Source: Octopus bimaculoides
Taxonomy: Eukaryota
Reading direction: 5' to 3'
DNA length: 64,000 nucleotides
Assembly (NCBI RefSeq): GCF_001194135.2
Contig: NC_068984.1
Span: 4,214,407 to 4,278,406 of the forward strand
The notes under the pieces were generated by a model, which saw only the letters and a program-made list of their open reading frames with translations, did no database searches and was not told the origin of the DNA. Every line of letters begins with the position of its first letter. Position 1 is the stretch's first letter. The position numbers and the translations under genes are program-made. Positions 54,801 to 64,000 of the stretch are shown here, one piece after another.

Positions 54801-55024
54801 AATGTGAATCTGTCCCTTATGACCTGTTCAAGCCCCTAGAGAAAATGAACTGCAATGACTTCACTTCTCAGAGTTGTCTCTTGCCCTTTCTAATCGAACA
54901 TTCTCAACTCACTTATCTCCCTTTGATTATCAACCTTCTGCTGCTCAACTCCTCGAATTCCACTGTTACTATTAGGTTCAGTTCTTCACTTATACACACA
55001 CACACACAGGTACACGTAGACATA

Positions 55025-55290
55025 GAGGTACGGGCATGGCTGTGTGGTAAGAAGCTTGCTTCCCAACTACATGATTCTGGGTTCAGTCCCTCTGTGTGGC
55101 ACCTTGGGCAAGAGTCCCCTTACTAAAGCCTCAAGCCAACCAAAGCCTTGTGAATGGATTTCATAAACAGAAATTGAAAGAAGCTTGTCATATATACGTA
55201 TATATCTGTGTGTGTGTGTGTGTGTGTCCTCTGCCTCTGCTTGACAACCGATGTTGGTGTGTTAACGCCCCTGTAACTTAGCAGTTCAGC
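55025..55290 (+). mobile_element. Family A SINE, 3'-truncated
   Basis: gggcatggctgtgtggtaagaagcttgcttccc...ccttgggcaag...ccgatgttggtgtgtt. Confidence 0.75.
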
Positions 55291-55915
55291 CACATGTGTG
55301 TGTGTGTGTGTGTGTATGTATCTTTTTATATATGCAATGGTACATCTCCACACACATATCTATACATTTGTCACACCTCATTTATGTTTGCTGTTTCTAT
55401 TGTAATTTTTTTGTAGCAATCAAGGAAATCACCTCACCACCCGCCATCACCCCCATTACCACCACCACTATCACCATCAGTTGTTCTATTGTTTTCAGTT
55501 ATTATCTCCCCATTTAAGCTACTTTTCTATTGAGTCCGATGCTATGCCAGTCAAACTCCAATAAATAGAGATAAGCAGGGAGTATATAAATGAATGGTTT
55601 TTCCCTGTGTTTCGAGATAACACAAACAAGTTAAATAGTGTCAATAAAATATTTACTGTATTCAACTGAAAAAAACACAAAAAAAAACCAAACACTGGAA
55701 TTGGTGGTGGTGGTGGTGGTGGTGGGGGTATTGGTGGTATGCTGTTTGTTTACAGTGAAGTTGATGAAATATATTTAAGTTCTCTGGAGCAATACTGAGG
55801 AACTGGCATTGCTTATATGCCTGTCATGAAGCACATGTGTGTATGTGTGTGTATATATATATATATATATACACACACACAAACATGGATACACACACAC
55901 ATACACACACACATA

Positions 55916-57030
55916 CACACAGTGGGAAGTCAAAGATTATAAACACTCTTGTTTCTGTGATTTAAAAAAAGAGAATAAACAGGGGTTGAATAATTCTGTC
56001 ATTTTCCAGCATAGTCTCCTTGTTTTTTCCCCAATGTATTTCTTCCAGTGGACCACAACCTTGTTTATTCCATCAAAGAAGAAGCTTTTCAGCCGGTTCC
56101 ACAGCCACTTCTGCACCACTTTCTATGCTTCGTCATCCACAGCAAATGGATGATCTTGCAAAGGATGCTTGAGCAGTTCAAAGAGATGATAGTCAGAAGG
56201 GCAAAGATCTGGGCTGTTCCACTCACTTGAAACCTTATTCTTCAATGGTTTTAACAGTATGGGTGCAAGGTTGAGTCTAGAATTTCTTTTTCCCTGATGA
56301 TCTCAGGTGTTTCCATTCCATGCTCTGCCTTTTGTGTTCCGGCTCAACCTAATGGACCCAGCTCTTATCTGCTGTGACCGTTCTCTCTAAAAAAAGCTTT
56401 ACCTTGACCGTTGTACTTGTTGAATAAGTAATGATAGATCTCCACACGATTGCATTTATGTGCTTTCGTAAGCTGTCTTGGCACCCATCTCACACAGACT
56501 TGAGAGAAGTAAAGCTTGTTGTGAATGATTTCATGACTAATTTGCAGAGAATAATGATTTCAAGACTAATTTTCCACCTCATTGATGGTCACTTATTGGT
56601 TCACTGGAACCATCTCTCAAGCTTGCTGAATCTTCACATAAGTGGTGGGGGTTGATGGGTGTCCTACTCTCTCTTTGGTCATTTTGAAACTTCTCAGTCC
56701 ACTCATGCACACTTCTATGCAGTGAAGGGCTGACCACAGATTGTACTGAAAACCAGCAATGAATTTCTGTCCCAGACGTACCTTCAGGCCAGAGAAATCG
56801 GATCACTGATGATCTCTGTTCTTCCTTGGTGCACATGGCCAGTGGGGCAGTCGTGTTTACTCTGTAACTCCAGAAAGGAAACTGGGACGACCAAGATCAA
56901 ATCATGATTATGTAACAAGAATGACACTACCAGGTAGTTGTGTGCACAAGCGCTGAAGGCAATGTGGCCAACCCGAAGAAAGTTTTAGCAGGAGGAGTGA
57001 AGGTAATTTTTGATTTGCCCTTGTGTGTAT
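55916..57030 (-). mobile_element. Decayed mariner with degenerate TIRs and internal deletions
   Basis: N-terminal MCTKEEQRSSVIRFLWPEGTSGTEIH...SVHEWTEKF and C-terminal SPDLCPSDYHLF...KWLWNRLKSFFFDGINKVVVHWKKYI. The ends cacagtgggaagtcaaagatta and taatttttgatttgcccttgtg are imperfect inverted repeats. Confidence 0.85.
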
Positions 57031-57565
57031 ATATGCACTCTCTCTCTCTCTCTCTCACACACACACAAACACACACATGCACACACAAGTTGGCCCTTAA
57101 GCCATGTGCACATGCATATACGTGTGTGCGTGCATATGTCCTAGTGAGTGGTCAAGTTCTTAGGATCATGATCACATGATCATGACATTGGTTCCTAGAT
57201 GAGGTTGAGCAATGTGTCCTTGAGCAAGCCACTTAATTTCACTTAGCTCCAGTCTAAACCGTTAGTCAACTGTTTAGAACACCAGCTAAGCAGTGAGACA
57301 GTTTTTTTTTATTCTTTCCAGCTTCCACTTCTTTGATGTTATTCTGGATCAAGACTATGAGGGTTGGGGTGGGAGGGTAGGGTCAGCTAATATCTGCTTG
57401 TGATTGCAGAGGCACCTCAAATTACTAACAAAAGTATGGTACATGCTAATGGTCATACTTGATTCTGGGAAGTGGTAGTAGAAGCAGCAACAGCAGCAGC
57501 AGCAGTAGTAATAGTAGTAGTGGTCATTGTTGTTGTAGAAGCAGGAGTAGCAATATTATATATAC

Positions 57566-57935
57566 TCTTGGAGTGGTTGGCATTAGGAAGGGCATCCAGC
57601 TGTAGAAACCAAATCAAACTGGAACCTGTTGCTGTTCTCCAGTTTCAGTCAAACCATCAAACCCATGCCAGCTTGGAAAAAGGATGTTAAATGATGATGA
57701 TGATCATCATCATATATATGTATTTTTTCTTTTATTTGTTTCAGTCATTTGACTGTGGCCAGGCTGGAGCACCGCCTTTAGTTGAGCAAATCAACCCCAG
57801 GACTTATTCTTTGTAAGCCTAGTACTTATTCTATCAGTCTCTTTTGCTGAACCTACTAAGTTTTGGGGATGTAAACACACCAACATCGGTTGTCAAGCAA
57901 TGTTGGGGTGGGGGTGGGCAAACACACAGACATAC
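57566..57935. mobile_element. RTE tail (+, 57566-57705) adjoining a family A SINE 3' part (-, 57725-57935)
   Basis: Family motifs as above. Confidence 0.7.
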
Positions 57936-58173
57936 ACACATGTATATATATATATATNNNNNNNNNNNNNNNNNNNNNNNNNNNNNNNNNNNNNNNNNNN
58001 NNNNNNNNNNNNNNNNNNNNNNNNNNNNNNNNNNNNNNNNNNNNNNNNNNNNNNNNNNNNNNNNNNNNNNNNNNNNNNNNNNNNNNNNNNNNNNNNNNNN
58101 NNNNNNNNNNNNNNNNNNNNNNNNNNNNNNNNNNNNNNNNNNNNNNNNNNNNNNNNNNNNNNNNNNNNNNNNN

Positions 58174-58216
<43 letters not shown>

Positions 58217-59889
58217 AGGTTTGAAACCTGTTTGAAAAGTGGTGAAGCACAAAACTCTTGGCCCTTGAGTCCCTCCATAACTTCTGCAGATTATTAATAT
58301 AAAAAACGTGTGTGTGTGTGTAGAAAGACTGACAGAGATTTATGCATTAAAATTCTGATGTTCGAACAGTGATTGAAACAATAGCTTCCCAGTGTGAGGA
58401 TTGAACTTTCATCCTGTGATATCTAACGTCTTATAGATTCCTTGAATGTTTGTTTGAAGAATTGACAAAATGAAAGAAACAAAAATTGGTTTCTGTGAGA
58501 TGTGGCTGCCGTGTCAGCTGGTTGAGAGGGTGTATATAGGATGTTAGTTTGTTTTGTTGAATGTTGTCACTGGCTGCATGTGTCTACAAGCATCTGTGAG
58601 CCAACCATGCATGCATCGATAAGATTGATTCTGCAATCCCTGCAGACAGTAGCGAATATTTACTTCGTACTTCACTGGGAATCCACATCTGCGAGTTTGT
58701 CACGATATATTAATGTAAAACATACTTTTGTTGGTCAATAGTAGACTAGGCACATCAATAATGCATTACTGAATTTTCTAGGTCTTAACAATTGGTTAGA
58801 AGCCATTTGTCTCCACATTGAAGAAATATTTTCCTGCTGCCAATAATTCCTGCTCTATTTGGGTGCAGATGCATTAATCAGTAATTTAGTTTACCATTTC
58901 AAATGTATGCAACTATGAAATGTGCATTTCCTCTTCGTATTCTATGAAACATGTCAGTTTTTACCACCATCCTCTTCCTCCTCCTCCTCCTTTCCTCCCC
59001 CCCCTCCTCCGTCTTTCAAATGGTTTCACCACAACCATTTATTGCAATGATGCTAACACTAAAATAACTCTTAAACTTATATTTCTATTAAAAAAAAAAA
59101 ATACTGAAAGCTTGAGGCTGACCCCATCCCACCGATTGGTACTAAATACCCCGCCATGAGTAATTAACTATTTCCAGTTTGTTAGAAGAAAATTAGTTAC
59201 GAGAGACCTTTCTTCAATTTGACTCTTAAGTAATAAACAGAGGAGTGTGGCCGTGATTAATGTAAGAATCCAAGAGTCGTTGGCTAATTGTGCAGCCTAA
59301 TTGTGTTTAATGTAAGTATCAGTTAATTGAAATTTTGTGAAGTTTAGAATAATCTACAACATGGGAGTGGATCCAGCCTGACCGTGTGGCTGATCTGGTG
59401 GTCTGTTCGTTTTGACACGGATAAGATGGATGTCAGACATCAGCGTGACAACCATAAGAGTAATAACTGACTCTGAGAGTCTCAGAGCCTTGGTCTCTTA
59501 ACTTGAAATACAGTATTTACTATCTTTGATTTCAATTCAGTTTTTTCTTCTTTGATTAAATTGCAGCTGCTGCTGCTACTTCTATGACATCATCATCATC
59601 AACAACAACAACTAGGCTGGATTAACCCTTCTGTTACCAGCCCAGCTGAAACCGCCTCTGGTTCTGTAGTACAAACGTTTTGTTTTCATAAATTTTGAGT
59701 TAAAACCTTCCACCAAACCTTAATCACAATTTATGTCCCTATCATTAGCTTAATGATAATTAAGCTAATTAAATTCTTTGTTATATTTGAAATAATTGAA
59801 AGAAATACAGAGCATCTCAAAATAAATACAGTAACAAAAGGGATAAGACCCATAGAGGCCCTAAGTTCTTAAAAATTTTGGTGCCCCCT

Positions 59890-60322
59890 TCATCATCATC
59901 ATCATCATCATCATTGTCGTCTAATGTCTGCTTTCCATGTTGGCATGGGTTGGACAGTTTGACTGAGGGCTGGCAAGCCAGAAGGCTGCACCAGGCTCCA
60001 ATCTGATCTAACAAGGTTTCTACAGCTGGATGCCCTTTCTAATGCCAACCACTCCGAGAGTGTAGTGGGTGCTTTTTACGTGCCACTGGCACAAGGGCCA
60101 GCCATGCGGCACTGGCATCGATCATGCTCAAATGGTACTTTTTACATGCCACCAGCATGGGCACCAATCAGCCAGCACTGACATTGACCACACTTGAATG
60201 GTGCTTTTTACATGCAACTGGCACGAGGGCCAGTTAGCCAGCACTGGCATCGACCACGTTTGAATGGTGCTTTTTACATGCCACCGGCACTGGTGCCAAT
60301 CAGGCAGCACTGGCATCAGCCA
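59890..60322 (-). mobile_element. RTE 3'UTR copy with four 66-bp hairpin units
   Basis: (g/a)ctttttac recurs at 60071, 60137, 60203 and 60269. Confidence 0.8.
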
Positions 60323-61014
60323 GTAATTCAGAATATAAGCAATAATAAACCATAAAATAATTTTTTGTGTTTCAAAACAAAAACAAAACTAAGATGGAAA
60401 ATAATGTTAATTTTTGTTTTCTTCCAGTTTACTTATATTTGGAAAAATATTCTCCTGCATTTTAAATTGCAAAGTCTTTGATCAGATCCTTACTTTGACA
60501 TCATGAACACTTTTGAAACTGTCATTTCCAATCATAGAATCCACTTCAAATATTATTTTAGCAAGTTTAGAGTGGTTTCTTTTGTGCTGGAAACCATTTA
60601 CCATTTCTGTGGTGCCTCCCCTTCTTCCCTTGATGCCCCAAGCACATGCTTTTTTTGATTAATGGTTAATCCGCCCACCATTATCATCACCAACATCATC
60701 ATCATCATCATCATCATCAATATCAACACCACCATCATCATCGTCATCATCAATATCATCAGCATCATCATCATCGTACTATTACACCTGTTTCCCCACA
60801 CTTTGTGTTTAAGCTCAAGCAATGGAGTTACTAAAGAGTCCGTTTGACCATTTAAAAAACAGGGAAAATGTCTTATCCAGTATTATTTGCTGATTGTTCC
60901 GTCTGTTATGAAGTATTGTGTCCTTGCAGCCTGGTCACTGACACAATTTCACCATATTTACAAGAGGAGGAGGAGTGTGTTGGTTTGAAGAAAGAGACTT
61001 GCTCACATGTTCTC

Positions 61015-61305
61015 ATCATCATCATCATTGCCGTTTCCATGCTGTCGTGCATTGGATGGTTTGACTGAGGACTGGCAAGGAAGCTGCACCAGGCCCCAAT
61101 CAGATCTGGCAAGGTTTCTACAGCTGGACACTCTTCCTAACGCCAACCACTCCGAGAGTGTAGTGGGTGCTTTTTATGTGCCACCTGCATGGTGGCCAGT
61201 CAGGCGGCACTGGCATCGACCATGCTCGAATGGTGCATTTTACACACCACCGGCACAGGAGCCAGTCAGGCAGCACTGGTATCAACCACGCTTGAGTGGT
61301 GGTTT
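61015..61305 (-). mobile_element. RTE 3'UTR copy
   Basis: Family tail and 2-3 hairpin units. Confidence 0.75.
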
Positions 61306-61632
61306 TTCCATTTTGAAATAGGGCTAAAAGGTAGGTGGAAAGGCATAAAGAAAATCCAATTAAAGGGTTTGTTTAGGAAGGACCCTAATTTGAAGTCAGA
61401 TTGAATGGTATGAAAATACTGAAGTTCCCTGCAGAACATTCTTTTGGTGCCTTTATAACAGTGAAAGAAAATATGATTCAAAAACTACAAATTGCGACAT
61501 TATTTTAAATGATAAATGCCAAGTCTCTAGTTCAAAACTCTGTCTTTTCCATAAGATAGGGAAACTCAGTCTAGAAATTATTTTCATGAAACAAAAAACC
61601 CAGTCAGTCACTCAATGTTGTTTATTTTTCAG

Positions 61633-61747
61633 GATGTTGGATTCCCTTGGCAAGATCCGTTTATTGGATGTTGGTAGCTGCTTCAACCCATTCTTACAGT
61701 TTGAAGAATTCTTGGCTGTTGGCATTGATATTTCTCCTGCAAAATCT
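61633..61747 (+). CDS. BMT2: Internal coding exon of SAMTOR/BMT2 (S-adenosylmethionine sensor upstream of mTORC1, C7orf60 family); Rossmann methyltransferase motif I region
   Basis: Acceptor tttatttttcAG (61631-61632) and donor GTAAGT (61748-61753) bound a 115-nt exon translating to (x)[38 protein letters not shown]. This closely matches the recalled vertebrate SAMTOR segment [34 protein letters not shown]. No other exons of the gene were recognised in the window. Confidence 0.88.
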
Positions 61748-61764
61748 GTAAGTGGTAAAAGTTC

Positions 61765-61808
61765 TTCCAACCTATGCCAGCATGGAAAGCAAACGTTAAT
61801 GATGATGG
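61765..61808 (+). mobile_element. Ultra-short RTE tail insertion just downstream of the BMT2 donor
   Basis: ttccaacctatgccagcatggaaagcaaacgttaatgatgatg. Confidence 0.7.
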
Positions 61809-63277
61809 TGAAGACTTGTCTTTTCATTTGATTTCCTTGCCCCAAGCACTTCTTATATACCAGTTGTTATCTGGAGTCATTGATCTCCTAAATGTGTCAT
61901 GGAATCCTGTCTTTATCATGGATTTTATCTTGTCATGGTTGCTAGAGTTAAATACATTTCCATGCACCAACCATTTTACAAATGAACTGGATGCTATTTG
62001 TCATGCGACCACCACCAGAGAGGTTGACATGTCCTCGATGAAACAGAAGTAAAAGGTTCTCTTGAGCCCCTCCCCCTCTGCTCATTCAGCAATCCTCTTT
62101 ACAGTGTACCCTTGATGTGCACCATGAGGTGAAAGGCTGTTGTCACTACTGTAGTATGCTGTCTCTGTTCCTGTCAATGTGACCCAAGGAGCAGGAAGGG
62201 CCAAGAGCAACAGAGTTGGAGGTGAACCAGCAGGGAGAGCTGAGAGGGTGTCAGGGGACAGTAAGAATGTGGATAAGGGGGGAGAGACACAGAGAGAGAT
62301 GGTGGGGGGGGCAAATGATGGATGGTTGTAAAAATGGTTGGGAAAAGGAGGATGTAATGAACGTAAATAATGAGTGACCTGGTGGAAAAGGAGTGGTGAA
62401 GGGTTATTATAAGAGAGTGGTGGATGTGAATAATGAGTGACACGGAGGAGATAGTGGGGGCAGTGGTAAAGAAGAGTAAAAGTAACAGGAGAAAAAGAGA
62501 GATAGTGTGTGTGTCACCGATAGATCTGATGAAACCTTTGTCAATCAGGCATTGTGATGGGAGACTTTGGAAACTAAGAGAGAGGCAGACAGACAGACAG
62601 ACCATGTAATGGCTAGGTAGAAATGGTTGGTGATGAGAAAGCATGGCCGAGGATTGTGGAAGTGGAGATGAATGGTATAGAAGGGGTAAAGTCAGTGATG
62701 GGTGTCACGGAAGGAATGAGTTGAAGAGGGGGTGGAGGGAGTATTAACTAACAATACATAGGGGCAAGAGATGGGTATGGAGTGGGTACCCCTAAGACTC
62801 TGATGTAATAAGCTTTTTTGATTTGAGACACAGGTGGTGGGAGTGAGAGGGGATTGAGAAGGGACAGACTTAATGTTTTCTCTTGGTTGTTTATGAGTGA
62901 CATGGTAGGGGAAGGGGGAAGAGAATTTTGTAGTGTATGGAAGTGTGTGTGTGTATGTGTGCATATACATACATACATACATGTATACAGATAGACAGAC
63001 AGATAGATAGAGAGGTGGCGAGGAGATACATTTTCATAAATATATATGTGCATATATGCTAATATGTATTTGTGTGTATGTGTGTGTGTGTGTATAAACA
63101 CATATACTAGAACAGGAAAGTAAGATTGGCATATGCAAATATTATGTATCTCTTCTTATATTTATACATATATGTATGTGTGTGTGTGTATAAATATATA
63201 CACACACACACACCTATATATATATACATGTATATATATATATACATGTATATATATATAAGTACATATATATATAC

Positions 63278-63332
<55 letters not shown>

Positions 63333-63397
63333 GATCTTTATAAATATACATGCATCTATCTTTTTATCACTTCTTCCATTTCTCTCTCTGTCTTTCA

Positions 63398-63431
<34 letters not shown>

Positions 63432-64000
63432 ATATATATATACACACACACACACACATAATTCACACACAGAAAGAGAAAGAGAAAGAGCAGTAAGAGA
63501 AAGTGAATGAAAGATAATCATATAGCCACATACGTACACTCACATATTTACCCATATACACCTACACACCCACATCCATATACATATATACATACGTAAT
63601 GAACATTTGGTAACATATGGCTTTGATTGGCCATGTAAAATCCTTTAATGTTTGTCTTTTGCCAGTCTACCATCTCAACTTTCTGACTGCACCTGGTGGT
63701 TGTTTGGAATAATAAGTCATATATTTAGCTGTTACTACTGTCTCCCACTGATCCCTCCCCACTCACCGACCAGCCAGCAAACAACAACAACAACAACAAC
63801 ATTAGCAAACAATCCTTCATTACTATTGCATAATCACCAACTGGGTTTTTTTTTGGCTGGTTTTTCTTGTTGTTGTTGTTGTTCATATTTATTTTGTTTT
63901 CCAATTGTCGTCTCCTCTACAATATCCTTTCAGTCATATTTGCATTTTACTTCCCAACCCCTGTATTTTGGTCATTGTGTGTGTGTGTGTGTGTGTGTGT

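Overview
AT-rich animal genomic DNA from a gapped draft assembly. It is dense in (AT)n, (GT)n, (CAT)n and (AAT)n microsatellites and contains many N-gaps. The repeat complement (tRNA-head SINEs, RTE LINE tails ending in (GAT)n, mariners) suggests an octopod cephalopod; this is inference. Almost all ORF-track entries are microsatellite, gap or TE artefacts. The only host coding sequence I can recognise is one internal + strand exon (61633-61747) of BMT2/SAMTOR, covering the SAM-binding motif I region ([14 protein letters not shown]). The rest is intron-like or intergenic DNA filled with nested mobile elements: three decayed mariners, long RTE LINE remnants plus many RTE 3' tails, a Penelope-like GIY-YIG fragment with a hammerhead-like core, hAT MITEs, a Helentron-type HINE, a related solo LTR, and a complete 1.1-kb mini LTR retroelement (two LTRs, PBS, PPT, gag remnant, 5-bp TSD) inserted in a mariner. 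There is also a tandem array of nuclear-receptor-like DR1/IR1 sites, a candidate recursive splice site, and a speculative chain of minus-strand exons. There is no CRISPR array, rRNA or bona fide tRNA gene.
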